A stretch of 64,000 nt of DNA, taken from positions 2,587-66,586 of the forward strand of contig NZFP01000009.1 of NCBI GenBank assembly GCA_002689325.1, written 5' to 3'. Shown here one piece after another: positions 46,718 through 57,152 of this stretch. The stretch comes from Rickettsiales bacterium. GTDB taxonomy: Bacteria > Pseudomonadota > Alphaproteobacteria > Methylaequorales > Methylaequoraceae. A program made the position numbers and the translations under genes. Within the stretch, counting starts at the first letter, position 1. Every line of letters starts with the position of its first letter. The notes beneath the pieces are model-generated. The model saw nothing but the letters and a program-made list of their open reading frames with translations, did no database searches and was not told where the DNA came from.

Positions 46718-49051
46718 CTACAAAATTATTATTTTACTGTTTGATTCAAGAATCAGTCTTTCTAAATTGTTTTTAGGAGTATAAGTCTTCAATTTTTTCT
46801 TTTTATAATAAAAGTTTTTTTTAATTATCTTTTCAAGATATTCAAAATATACTAAGTAATGTTTCTTGGATATTTTAATTAAATAAAACCCCATTCTTCT
46901 GTAAATTTCTTTTTCTTTCTTACTAAAAGATGATTTCTTTAATGCATAATAATTTTTTTCCAGAAAGTTGCTTAACAACTTTTCAAAAAATATATTTATT
47001 AAAGTTTGCCTAAATAATTTTGCACCTTTGGATTTAAAAAAAAGAAAAAAAACACCAGTTTGTAGGCCGCATTCTCGAAGACTTTTTAATTCATCAGATT
47101 TCAAGTATTTATAATAATGAGCAACGTTTTCTCTCTTACAATGACCAAGGTTTTCAACTAAAGAATAAATAACTGCCCTTAAGTTACTTGAAGGTTTTCC
47201 TATCAAATTAATTTTTTTTATAAATCCGATATTTTGTGAAAAATAATGTTCAAAACATTTTCTGATTCGTAATTCAATTTCTTTTTTGTAATTTGAAAAA
47301 AAATCATCGAAAAAAACTTTAATTTTTGGATTAGAAATTTCAGAATTTTTCAATAATTTTGCTATCAAATTTTTTTTCCATAAAATTTCTCCATTAACCT
47401 TGAAATCAAAATCAGAAGATTTTGAGTTTTTAAATTCATCAATCTTCTGCTTTGCAAAAAATGCTAAATGTTTTTTTAGAATTTTATTATTGTAAATATT
47501 GTTATTTTTAAATGAATGATTAACTATAAATCTAAATCCTTGCAGCTTTCCAATAGTTTCTCTACCAAATTGAACAAAATTCTTTGTATCAAGTTTAATA
47601 AATGATTTTTCTAAAGTTTTGTCAAAGTTAGATTTTAATCCTTTAAACTCTCCAACAAATTCGTTAATTAATTGACTGTGAAGTGTTATTGATAAATCAA
47701 ACTCTATGGCTTTAATTTTCTGTTGAAGTAAATAGTTATTTTCCATCCAGTCACCTTTAAAAGCTAAAAATGACCATTTTCTAATCTGTGAAATTTTATG
47801 ATTTAATTCTGAAATTTTCGCAGTCTTTTTTTTTATATTTTTTAACTTATCATCAACCCACGAAGCTGGGATCATTTTTTTTTTATCAACCAAAAACTCA
47901 AAAACCTTTTTTAAGAATCTTGTATGAAACTCATCTAACTCTCTTGAGTAATCTGGTGTTCTACAAAGTTCCCACAACTTTTTTAAAATTAATGGATTAA
48001 TTATTTTTTTGTTTACAAAATCATCTTCCAGTAAAATTCTTAAAAATCTTTGATCACTTGCATTCTTTTTTTGAATAAAATAGCTTTTATCTGCTTTTTT
48101 ATTTATTGAGTTAAGAAGAGAATTTTTATTAGAAAAATTTAATAATGAATTTCTCCAGTAAACCTTTTGAATTTCAGTGTATTTATAATTTTCAACAAAA
48201 CTAATTGACTCCTGACTCAATGACTTCAAATTTCCAGTTGTACCAAAAAAGCCATCGTTAAGATATCGCCCGGCCCTACCAGCAATCTGAGAAATTTCGT
48301 CATAAGTCAGTTTTCTTTCTCTATGGCCATCAAATTTTTTGATACTCGAAAAAAAAATATTTTTTATATTTAGGTTTAAACCTAGTCCAATTGCATCAGT
48401 CGCAACAATATGATCAACTTTACCATCCTCAAAAAGTTTAACTTGAGCATTTCTTACGTCAGGTGAGAGTGCTCCCATAACAACAGATACTCCTCCATGA
48501 GCCTGTCTAATCTTATTGGCTATTTCATAAACATCTATCAGAGAGAAAGCGATGATTGCAGATCTATTTGGCAAACGAGTTAAATTTTTATATCCACAAT
48601 ACGATAAATTTGACAAGCGAGGTTTTTTTTTAATAAGGATTTCTGGATAAATTTTTTTAATTACATTTTCTATACTTAATGAACCCAAAAACATTGTTTC
48701 TTTCTTCCCTTTTTTATTTAAAATCTTCTCGGTAAAAAGATGACCTCTCTCATAATCTGAACATAACTGTACTTCATCAATCGCAACAAAATCAAAATTG
48801 TTATCAGGGATTGATTCAACTGTGCAAAAAAAATATTTTGCTTCCTTTGGAATTATTTTTTCTTCACCCGTAACTAATGCGACGCAATCTTCTCCAACTT
48901 GTTTTTTAACATAATCAAAATTTTCTCTAGCTAACAATCTGAGAGGAAAGCCAATAACCCCATTTGAATAACTTAAAAGTTTCTCGATAGCCGAGAATGT
49001 TTTTCCTGTATTCGTTGGTCCAAGTGTCGCTGAAATTTTAGTCAATTTCAT
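46718..49051 (-). CDS. Suv3-like ATP-dependent RNA helicase (SF2)
   Basis: GPTNTGKT, LVTGEE, VAIDEVQ, VATDAIGLGLNL and IAGRAGR blocks match the mitochondrial Suv3 family. Confidence 0.8.
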   Translation of the reverse strand: MKLTKISATLGPTNTGKTFSAIEKLLSYSNGVIGFPLRLLARENFDYVKKQVGEDCVALVTGEEKIIPKEAKYFFCTVESIPDNNFDFVAIDEVQLCSDYERGHLFTEKILNKKGKKETMFLGSLSIENVIKKIYPEILIKKKPRLSNLSYCGYKNLTRLPNRSAIIAFSLIDVYEIANKIRQAHGGVSVVMGALSPDVRNAQVKLFEDGKVDHIVATDAIGLGLNLNIKNIFFSSIKKFDGHRERKLTYDEISQIAGRAGRYLNDGFFGTTGNLKSLSQESISFVENYKYTEIQKVYWRNSLLNFSNKNSLLNSINKKADKSYFIQKKNASDQRFLRILLEDDFVNKKIINPLILKKLWELCRTPDYSRELDEFHTRFLKKVFEFLVDKKKMIPASWVDDKLKNIKKKTAKISELNHKISQIRKWSFLAFKGDWMENNYLLQQKIKAIEFDLSITLHSQLINEFVGEFKGLKSNFDKTLEKSFIKLDTKNFVQFGRETIGKLQGFRFIVNHSFKNNNIYNNKILKKHLAFFAKQKIDEFKNSKSSDFDFKVNGEILWKKNLIAKLLKNSEISNPKIKVFFDDFFSNYKKEIELRIRKCFEHYFSQNIGFIKKINLIGKPSSNLRAVIYSLVENLGHCKRENVAHYYKYLKSDELKSLRECGLQTGVFFLFFKSKGAKLFRQTLINIFFEKLLSNFLEKNYYALKKSSFSKKEKEIYRRMGFYLIKISKKHYLVYFEYLEKIIKKNFYYKKKKLKTYTPKNNLERLILESNSKIIIL

Positions 49052-49078
49052 TGGAAATACTAATAAATATATTTCTTT

Positions 49079-51688
49079 TTAGTCTTTTATTAAATTAAAT
49101 ACATAAGGTAAAATACCATCGTTAGTGAAATAATCGACCTCTTTCACAGTATCAATTCTAGAAATAACACTGATTTCTTTCACTGAATCCGGATAATTGA
49201 TTTTAATTTTTAATTTTTGGTTTGGTTTAGAAGAAATCTTATTTATATTGCCAATGTCAAATGTTTCATTTCCATTCAATTTTAAATCAGATAGGTTTGT
49301 ATTTTTCATTTCCAGCGGTAAAACACCCATCCCAACCAAATTAGATCTGTGAATCCTTTCAAAACTTTCTGCTAAAACCACTCTAACACCTAATAATTTT
49401 GTTCCTTTTGCCGCCCAGTCTCTTGATGATCCTGTTCCGTATTCTTTACCTGCTACCACAATTAAAGGAACTTTTTGATTCGAATACATTTCGGCAATAT
49501 TATAAACTTCATCTTCAATTTCTGAGGGGAAATGTTTTGAATAGCCACCTTGTCTATTAACCATTAAATTTTTAATTCTTAAATTTGAAAAAGTTCCTCT
49601 CACCATAATTTCATGATTTCCTCTACGTGCACCAAAAGAATTAAAATTATCATGCTTAATTTGTCTCTCTAATAAGTATTTGCCTGCCTCACTTTTTTCT
49701 TTAATAACACCGGCGGGAGAAATATGATCTGTAGTAATAGAGTCGCCAAGTATAAGCAAAGGCCTGGCTTCAAGAATATCATTACTTTTACTTAATTCAT
49801 TTTCTAAAAACGGAGGCTTTTTTATATATGTTGAATTAATAGACCAGTTGAAGGTAGAAGAACTTTTAATTTTTATTGCTTCCCAACTGGAGTCTCCTTT
49901 AAAAATGTTTTTATAATTTTTTTTAAATAACTCTACTTTTAATATTTTTTCACTTAATAAATTTACTTCTTTTGACGAAGGCCAAAGATCCTTTAAAAAA
50001 ATTTTTTTACCTTTAACGGTTCCTATTTCTTCTTTATCAAAATCAATATTAATTCTTCCCGATAAAGCATAAATAATCACTAAGGGTGGGGATGCTAAAA
50101 AATTAGATTTAATTTGAGGGTGTATTCTTCCTTCAAAATTTCTATTTCCTGAAATGACACTACACACATTTAAGTTGTTTTCTTCAATTTCATTTGAAAC
50201 TTTGTTATCTAGTGGCCCCGAATTGCCGATACAAGTTGTGCAACCATATCCAACAATGTTAAATCCAAGTTTATTTAAAAAAAATTGTAAGTTAGCTTTA
50301 TTTAAATATTCTCTTACGACTTTACTACCAGGAGCAAAAGAGGTTTTTACCCACCAAGGAACTCTCAAACCTAATTCAACAGCCTTTTTTGCAATAAGTC
50401 CGGACATTATCAAAACTATTGGGTTGGAAGTATTAGTGCAACTTGTAATAGCCGCTAAACAAACTTTACCGTTTGTTAGAGAATCATTGTTATTTGTAAG
50501 TAATTTTTTTTCGTTACTATCTAGAGAATTCATGTATGTTTTTGGAATATCTCGTAAAATAATTCTATCTTGTGGTCTCTTAGGGCCTGAAACACAAGCT
50601 TCTATCTTTGATAAATCTATTTTTAAATTGTCCGCATACTTTATTTTTTTTGAATTTTCATCATGCCATAAATGTTGAGATTTACAATAATTCTCAATCA
50701 TCACAATTTTCTTCTCGTCTCTTCCTGTCAATCTTAGATACTTTAAAGTTTCGTTATCCATGGGAAATAAACCACATGTTGCACCGTATTCAGGCGCCAT
50801 ATTAGAAATAGTTGACCTCTCTGATAGTGAAAGTGAAGACAGACCATCACCATAAAATTCAACAAATTTACCTACAACATTAATTTTTCTTAATTTTTCA
50901 GTTATAGTTAAAACAACGTCAGTTGCTGTAACACCCTCTTTCAAGTTTCCTTCTAGCATTACACCAACTACTTCAGGAATCTTCATAGAAATAGGTTGGC
51001 CGAGCATTACTGCTTCAGCCTCAATACCTCCAACACCCCATCCAAGTACAGACAAAGCATTAACCATAGTCGTATGACTATCAGTCCCAACAACTGAATC
51101 CAAAAATAAGATTTTTTTTTTCTCACAAACAATTTCTGTTAAATACTCAATATTAATTTGATGACAAATACCAGAACCTGGCGGAAAAAGAGAAAAGTTC
51201 TTGAGAGATTTCTGTGCCCATTTAAGTAATGAATATCTCTCAGAATTTCTTAAAAACTCATTTTTAACATTGATCTTTAAAGAATCATCACTTGATGAGC
51301 TATCAACTGATATTGAGTGGTCGACAATAAGACTTACGGGCACTAATGGATTAATTAATTCAGGGTCCCGCTTCTTTTTTGCCATTTTATCCCTCATTGA
51401 GGCAAGATCAGCTATTGCTGGAACTCCAGTATAATCTTGCATTAACACTCTGCTAGGAGAAAAAAAAATTTCACTACCATGTTTCATTTTAATAAGATTT
51501 ATAATTTCTAACTTTTTATCTGATGAGGAGTTGTTTTTTCTTATCAAATTTTCTAGAAGTAACCTGTAACTAAAGGGAAGACTTGATAACTCAAACTTAA
51601 TTAAATCTTGAGCTTTTTCCAAACTAAAGAAACTAAATTTCTTATCAAATGTAAGTTCATCTAAAAATTTATTTGACTCAAAATCCAT
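49079..51688 (-). CDS. acnA: aconitate hydratase
   Basis: 869 aa. Fe-S ligand blocks CTNTSNP and GCTTCIGNSGP. SGPKRPQDR. Confidence 0.95.
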   Translation of the reverse strand: MDFESNKFLDELTFDKKFSFFSLEKAQDLIKFELSSLPFSYRLLLENLIRKNNSSSDKKLEIINLIKMKHGSEIFFSPSRVLMQDYTGVPAIADLASMRDKMAKKKRDPELINPLVPVSLIVDHSISVDSSSSDDSLKINVKNEFLRNSERYSLLKWAQKSLKNFSLFPPGSGICHQINIEYLTEIVCEKKKILFLDSVVGTDSHTTMVNALSVLGWGVGGIEAEAVMLGQPISMKIPEVVGVMLEGNLKEGVTATDVVLTITEKLRKINVVGKFVEFYGDGLSSLSLSERSTISNMAPEYGATCGLFPMDNETLKYLRLTGRDEKKIVMIENYCKSQHLWHDENSKKIKYADNLKIDLSKIEACVSGPKRPQDRIILRDIPKTYMNSLDSNEKKLLTNNNDSLTNGKVCLAAITSCTNTSNPIVLIMSGLIAKKAVELGLRVPWWVKTSFAPGSKVVREYLNKANLQFFLNKLGFNIVGYGCTTCIGNSGPLDNKVSNEIEENNLNVCSVISGNRNFEGRIHPQIKSNFLASPPLVIIYALSGRINIDFDKEEIGTVKGKKIFLKDLWPSSKEVNLLSEKILKVELFKKNYKNIFKGDSSWEAIKIKSSSTFNWSINSTYIKKPPFLENELSKSNDILEARPLLILGDSITTDHISPAGVIKEKSEAGKYLLERQIKHDNFNSFGARRGNHEIMVRGTFSNLRIKNLMVNRQGGYSKHFPSEIEDEVYNIAEMYSNQKVPLIVVAGKEYGTGSSRDWAAKGTKLLGVRVVLAESFERIHRSNLVGMGVLPLEMKNTNLSDLKLNGNETFDIGNINKISSKPNQKLKIKINYPDSVKEISVISRIDTVKEVDYFTNDGILPYVFNLIKD

Positions 51689-51731
51689 ATTTTTTGTTAA
51701 TAGGTTATTATACTATTTAAAGACAATAATT

Positions 51732-52394
51732 ATGTTAGAAGTTAATTCAATATATCTTTACAGAAATAGAAAGCAAGTTTTCGACAACTTCAGCTTAAAT
51801 TTAAATAAAAGTGAAATTATACAGTTGGAGGGAGAAAATGGCGTTGGTAAAACAAGCTTGTTAAATATGATATCTGGTTTAATTAGTCCAGATAAAGGGT
51901 TTATAGAAATTTGTAAAAAAGATATTACCGAATTAGGTAAATACAAAAAAAAAAAGTTCACTTATATTCCTGATAAAAATTGTTTAAAGGAAAATTTTAC
52001 TGTTAACGAGAATCTAAAAAGTTGGATGAAACTGTCTAATCTAGGAACGAATTATAACACCTACCAAAAAGCACTAAATACATTTTCTTTAAATGATATT
52101 CAAGGATCCCTTGTAAAAAACCTCTCACAAGGTCAAAAAAAAAAAGTAGCTCTTACTAAATTGTTATTTTCAGAATCTAAACTTTGGCTATTAGATGAAC
52201 CACTTAATGGTATTGATACAAAAACGAAAATGACATTAAAAAAAATTATGATCCAACACCTTAAACAAAATGGATCAATTCTATTTTCAAGTCATGTTAA
52301 GTCAAATATGAAACTAACAAGAAGAATTATTTTAAAAAAAATAATTAAAAAATTAAATATTCAATTATTAGATAAATGGGAAAATTTTAAATGA
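51732..52394 (+). CDS. ccmA: cytochrome c biogenesis heme exporter ATP-binding protein
   Basis: ABC ATPase heading the ccm gene string. GENGVGKTSL. LLDEP. Confidence 0.85.
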   Translation: MLEVNSIYLYRNRKQVFDNFSLNLNKSEIIQLEGENGVGKTSLLNMISGLISPDKGFIEICKKDITELGKYKKKKFTYIPDKNCLKENFTVNENLKSWMKLSNLGTNYNTYQKALNTFSLNDIQGSLVKNLSQGQKKKVALTKLLFSESKLWLLDEPLNGIDTKTKMTLKKIMIQHLKQNGSILFSSHVKSNMKLTRRIILKKIIKKLNIQLLDKWENFK

Positions 52395-53053
52395 GAGATT
52401 TCAAAAATTTAATTTTCAGAGAATTCATTATTACATTTAAAAATACAAAAAGTTTGTACTCCTATTGTACATTTTTCTTCACATCGATGCTTCTTTTTGT
52501 TTTTGCAATTGGTCCAGATATTTCAATTCTTTCGCCTATATATAAACCAGTTTTATGGATGATAACAATTTTTTCCTTGATTTTAATTTCAGAAAGTTTT
52601 GTTTTTGAAGATTTCCTAGACGGGAGTTTATCAGAGCTTCAGTTTTTAGGCTACTCTGAGGAAAATATATTTCTTTCAAAATGTTTGGTAATGTTTATGT
52701 CCTTAATCATACCTAATATTTTTTTGATTCCCATCTCATCTATTTTATTTGAAATTAATTTTCTTGATGTAATAGAACTTACAACACTATTTATAGTTTC
52801 TCTGCCAACCATTACTTTAATTTCGATACTTTCAGCTTTTTTTTCGTTGCAAGTAAAAAGAAACAAATTTATTCAATTTATTTTAATTATGCCATTTTTT
52901 ATTCCTATAATCATTTTTGCCACATCAGAAAATTTTTTTGTCGCAAATTTGGGTAATGAATTTAAAATATTAGTTTTAATTGGTTTGTTTTTAATTACAT
53001 TACCATTATCTATCCTAGTAGGAAAATTAATCATTAAGGAATTAAATTATTAG
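52391..53053 (+). CDS. ccmB: heme exporter protein B
   Basis: 220-aa 6-TM protein coupled (ATGA overlap) between ccmA and ccmC. Confidence 0.8.
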   Translation: MRDFKNLIFREFIITFKNTKSLYSYCTFFFTSMLLFVFAIGPDISILSPIYKPVLWMITIFSLILISESFVFEDFLDGSLSELQFLGYSEENIFLSKCLVMFMSLIIPNIFLIPISSILFEINFLDVIELTTLFIVSLPTITLISILSAFFSLQVKRNKFIQFILIMPFFIPIIIFATSENFFVANLGNEFKILVLIGLFLITLPLSILVGKLIIKELNY

Positions 53054-53770
53054 ATGTTTACTAAATTAGCCAACCCATCAAGTTTTCAAAAACTTTCTGA
53101 TTTTATTTATCCGAAATGTTTTTTTCTTTTTATTATTTTTTTAATTTCAGGTTTTTATTATGCTTTTTTCATTAGTCCACCTGATTACTTGCAGGGAGAA
53201 ACTGTAAGAATTATGTATATTCATGTTCCATGTGCATGGCTTTCGCTTGGAATATACTCTATGATGGCTGGTTGTAGTTTTTTTTCAATTGTCTTTAAAC
53301 ATACTTTGGCTGATATTATTAGTAGAGCATGTGCTCCGCTTGGAGCTTGTTTTACGCTAGCAACCCTAATCACAGGTTCAATTTGGGGCAAACCAACGTG
53401 GGGGACATGGTGGGTATGGGATGCACGATTAACATCTGAGTTAGTATTATTATTTATTTACCTTGGTCATATTTTTATTTCTAATGCTTATGAAGATAAA
53501 AGAAAAGGTGATAGATATGCCGCAATTTTAACTCTATTAGGTATAGTAAATTTACCGATAATCAAGTGGTCTGTTGACTGGTGGAATACCTTACATCAAC
53601 CTGCTAGCATTTCAAAGTTTAGTTCTCCTAATATTGATTCAAGTATGATGTTACCACTTTTCTTAATGGTATTTTCCTTTTTATTTTTTTTTATATCCTT
53701 AGTCCTATTAAGAATTAAAAGTGAAGTTATTTCACGTAAACTTGAAATTTTGGAACAACATGGATCTTAA
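53054..53770 (+). CDS. ccmC: heme exporter protein C
   Basis: WGKPTWGTWWVWDARL (WWD domain). Confidence 0.9.
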   Translation: MFTKLANPSSFQKLSDFIYPKCFFLFIIFLISGFYYAFFISPPDYLQGETVRIMYIHVPCAWLSLGIYSMMAGCSFFSIVFKHTLADIISRACAPLGACFTLATLITGSIWGKPTWGTWWVWDARLTSELVLLFIYLGHIFISNAYEDKRKGDRYAAILTLLGIVNLPIIKWSVDWWNTLHQPASISKFSSPNIDSSMMLPLFLMVFSFLFFFISLVLLRIKSEVISRKLEILEQHGS

Positions 53771-53930
53771 TATGGAAGTTTTTTTAAATTTTTTAAATTC
53801 AAAAGAGCATTTTTATTATGTTATTTCTTCTTATTGTGTTGTATTTTTTTTACTTGGCATAATTTTTTTTGAAACATTTTATAAAGTCAAAAAACTTCAA
53901 AAAAAGCTTAATCAAAAATTAGATAAATGA
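53760..53930 (+). CDS. ccmD: heme exporter protein D (small single-TM protein)
   Basis: Start chosen at MDLNMEV inside the longer track ORF. Single TM YYVISSYCVVFFLLGIIFF. Position between ccmC and ccmE. Confidence 0.55.
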   Translation: MDLNMEVFLNFLNSKEHFYYVISSYCVVFFLLGIIFFETFYKVKKLQKKLNQKLDK

Positions 53931-54368
53931 AACTTAAAACACAAAGACTTTTGAAAGTATCTTCACTACTCATTATTTTTTTAATTGGTTGTTTCATACT
54001 TTTTTATAATCTTAAAAACAATCTTGTTTTTTTTTTCTCACCTAGTGAAATTCTAGAAAAAGAAATATCATCCATAGAAAATGTTAGACTTGGTGGAATG
54101 GTTAAAAAAGGAAGTGTTAAAAAAAAAAGAAATTGAAATAGAATCAAAAAAAGTTCAAGAAACAGTTTTCACGGTAACTGATTTTGAAAAGGAAATATCT
54201 GTTTACTATATTGGGATTTTACCTGATCTGTTTTCAGAGGGTCAAGGTGTTGTAGTTGAAGGCAATCTCGTTAACAAAAATAGATTTAAAGCTAAAGTAG
54301 TACTTGCTAAGCATGACGAAAACTACATGCCTCCAGAACTTGATAATATTATAAAACCAACTAATTAA
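53927..54368 (+). CDS. ccmE: cytochrome c-type biogenesis protein CcmE, interrupted by a +1 frame change inside an A10 run (54119-54128)
   Basis: Frame 1 gives MKLKTQ...[17 protein letters not shown]. The +1 frame continues [19 protein letters not shown]...[21 protein letters not shown]...[12 protein letters not shown], containing the heme-binding His block. Removing one A restores a roughly 147-aa CcmE. Confidence 0.8.
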
Positions 54369-54373
54369 ATATA

Positions 54374-56287
54374 ATGATTGCTGAACTAGGAGTATTTTTT
54401 TTAATTTTGACCCTCATTGTGTCAAGTTTAGGATTTATTAGTCCTATATTAAAATTTAATGAAAACTCTGAAATTACACAAATAAAAATTAGTAAGCTTA
54501 GTTTTTTTTGTACTATCTCTTCCTTCATTATCCTCACTTATTGCTTCGTAATATCTGATTTTTCATTAAATGTTATTGAGAAAAATTCTAATAGCCAGCT
54601 TCCCCTTGTTTATAAAATAACTGGAGTTTGGGGAAACCATGAAGGATCAATTCTTTTATGGTTATTAGTAATGACATTCTTTGGTTTCCTATTTTCCTGC
54701 CAAAAAAAGATCGATCCAAAGTTCAAGGAAAAAACATTAAATGTTCAAAACACTCTTATTTTTCTCATTTCATTATTTATTTTACTAACCTCAAACCCTT
54801 TTGATAGAACCTTTCCTCCTGCCATAGATGGTGCTGACTTGAATCCTCTCCTTCAGGACCCTGGATTAATTATTCATCCACCATTTTTATATCTAGGGTA
54901 CGTTGGCTCTTCTATAGTTTTTTCAATTTCGATGGCTATTCTAATTCTGAATAACAACACAAAAGAATATTTTGAAATACTAAAACCTTGGATTTTTTTA
55001 TCATGGACTTTTTTATCATGTGGAATAGGACTTGGTAGTTGGTGGGCATATTATGAATTAGGATGGGGTGGTTTTTGGTTCTGGGATCCAGTTGAAAATG
55101 CTTCCTTACTTCCTTGGTTAACATCCTCGGCTTTACTTCATACCATCATCATATCAACAAAAAAGAAATCTTTACAAAACTGGACGCTTTTTTTATCAAT
55201 TATTACCTTTCTTTTAAGTCTATTGGGAACTTTTTTAGTAAGGTCAGGCGTTCTGGTATCAGTTCATGCTTTTGCCAATGATCCAACAAGAGGTGTATTT
55301 ATATTGATACTGTTGCTTGCTATTTCTGCAATAAGTTTTTTTCTTTTTCTTCAAAGAAGTAAAACTTTTTCAAGTAAGTTACAAATTAATTTAGTTTCTA
55401 GAGAAGGAGCCATTTCATTAAATAATATATTTATGTTTACTCTTAGTTTCACAATTCTGTTAGGAACTATTTATCCCCTCTTTTCTAGTGTAGTTTTTAA
55501 TAATAAAATATCTGTTGGAGCTCCTTTTTTTAATTCTATTCTTTCCCCTTTAATGATTCCTATAACACTAGGAATGATGTTTGGGCCATTTCTAAAATGG
55601 GAAAAAGACGATATAGGAAACCTAATTTCTAGAATTAAAATTTTGTTATTAGTTTTATTCCTAATCTCATTAGCTGTTTGGTATCTAAATTTCAAAGGAC
55701 CAATCCTTTCTATAATTTTTTTCGCTTTCTCCGCTTGGATTATCACTAGCTCACTTTTTGAGCTCCTAAAGTATTTATCCTTTAAACCTAAGTTTTCTCT
55801 AAAAAAAATTCCTTTAAAAACATTCTCGCAAGTCTCTGCTCATGTAGGTATCGCTTTAATAATTCTTGGAGCAACTGGCACATCAATACTTAGAATTGAA
55901 CAAATTCAATTTCAAGAGACTAATGAAGTGATCACTACCAAGAATTTTAAAGTAAAATTTTTGGGTGTAAAAATGATTGAGAAAGAAAATTATAAAAGCC
56001 AAATGGGGTTATTTGAAATATATAAAGATAATAAATATATCAAAACACTTAAACCCGAAAAAAGAATGTACAATGCCAACAAACAAGTTACCACCGAAGC
56101 TGCTATACATTCGACCGTATTTGGTGATTTATACATAGCCATTGGTGATGTTAATACTATCAGAAACAACTCTTGGACAACAAGAATCTGGTTCAACTCC
56201 TTCACTATTTGGATTTGGGTTGGTGTATTGTGTTTAGTACTCGGAGGCATTTTATCCATATTCAGGTTCATTAAAGTTAATAAATGA
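54374..56287 (+). CDS. ccmF: cytochrome c-type biogenesis protein CcmF
   Basis: 637 aa polytopic. WGGFWFWDPVEN (WWD). Confidence 0.9.
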   Translation: MIAELGVFFLILTLIVSSLGFISPILKFNENSEITQIKISKLSFFCTISSFIILTYCFVISDFSLNVIEKNSNSQLPLVYKITGVWGNHEGSILLWLLVMTFFGFLFSCQKKIDPKFKEKTLNVQNTLIFLISLFILLTSNPFDRTFPPAIDGADLNPLLQDPGLIIHPPFLYLGYVGSSIVFSISMAILILNNNTKEYFEILKPWIFLSWTFLSCGIGLGSWWAYYELGWGGFWFWDPVENASLLPWLTSSALLHTIIISTKKKSLQNWTLFLSIITFLLSLLGTFLVRSGVLVSVHAFANDPTRGVFILILLLAISAISFFLFLQRSKTFSSKLQINLVSREGAISLNNIFMFTLSFTILLGTIYPLFSSVVFNNKISVGAPFFNSILSPLMIPITLGMMFGPFLKWEKDDIGNLISRIKILLLVLFLISLAVWYLNFKGPILSIIFFAFSAWIITSSLFELLKYLSFKPKFSLKKIPLKTFSQVSAHVGIALIILGATGTSILRIEQIQFQETNEVITTKNFKVKFLGVKMIEKENYKSQMGLFEIYKDNKYIKTLKPEKRMYNANKQVTTEAAIHSTVFGDLYIAIGDVNTIRNNSWTTRIWFNSFTIWIWVGVLCLVLGGILSIFRFIKVNK

Positions 56288-56784
56288 AATACCTTTTCTT
56301 ATTAATTTTTATGGGCAGCATTGGAATTTTATTTTATAAAGGTCTTAAAATAGACCCATCCATTGTTCCGTCAAATTTGATAGATGAGAAAACTCCAAAT
56401 TTTCAATTAAAAAAAATTGGTAAATACCCCTTATTTAAACCAAATGACTTAAAAAAACCAGAAATTAAAATTGTAAATTTCTTCGCAACATGGTGTGCCC
56501 CATGTAAAGTTGAGCATCCTCAACTTATGAAGCTATCTAGTTCTTTTAAAATTTATGGGATAGCAAAAAAAGATAACACAAAAGAAATAAATAAATGGTT
56601 AAAAAATTATGGTAATCCTTTTGATAAAATAGGTTTAGATAGTGATGGAATTTCCAGTATTGAATGGGGGGTATATGGTCTACCTGAAACCTTTATTATA
56701 AACAAAGATAACAAAATTATTTATAAACATGTTGGACCAATTATGGAAAACGATTTAGAAAAAATTAACATTATTCTGAAATGA
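56284..56784 (+). CDS. ccmG: thiol:disulfide interchange protein CcmG/DsbE
   Basis: Thioredoxin motif WCAPC. Periplasmic anchor. Confidence 0.85.
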   Translation: MKYLFLLIFMGSIGILFYKGLKIDPSIVPSNLIDEKTPNFQLKKIGKYPLFKPNDLKKPEIKIVNFFATWCAPCKVEHPQLMKLSSSFKIYGIAKKDNTKEINKWLKNYGNPFDKIGLDSDGISSIEWGVYGLPETFIINKDNKIIYKHVGPIMENDLEKINIILK

Positions 56785-57152
56785 AAAAAATTTTAATAGT
56801 TATTTTTCTCTTATATTCTCAGGTTCAGGCTGTTGAACCGGACGAAATACTAGCTGATCAAAAACTTGAAAATGTTGCACGACTTATTGGAAAAGAACTT
56901 AGATGTTTAGTTTGTCAAAATGAAGACATCGAAAACTCTAACGCTGATATGGCCAGAGATTTAAGAGTTTTGGTAAGAAAAATGCTTTCAGAAGGAAAAA
57001 CTAAGGATGAAATAGTATCTTATATTCATTCACGATATGGTGACTTTGTGTTATTCAACCCTCCTGTAAGATATGACACGCTTTTACTTTGGTTACTTCC
57101 CATTATTTTTTTAATATTACTTAGCTATACTTTTTTCAGAAAGAAACACTAA
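56781..57152 (+). CDS. ccmH: cytochrome c-type biogenesis protein CcmH/CycL
   Basis: LRCLVCQNE...RYGDFVLFNPP matches CcmH. Confidence 0.85.
   Translation: MKKILIVIFLLYSQVQAVEPDEILADQKLENVARLIGKELRCLVCQNEDIENSNADMARDLRVLVRKMLSEGKTKDEIVSYIHSRYGDFVLFNPPVRYDTLLLWLLPIIFLILLSYTFFRKKH

Noticed and set aside
53721-53759. Upstream 13 codons of the ccmD ORF as given in the track
   Set aside because: That part overlaps the last 16 codons of ccmC in another frame. CcmD proteins are about 50-60 aa, so the start at 53760 (MDLNMEV) is more plausible.
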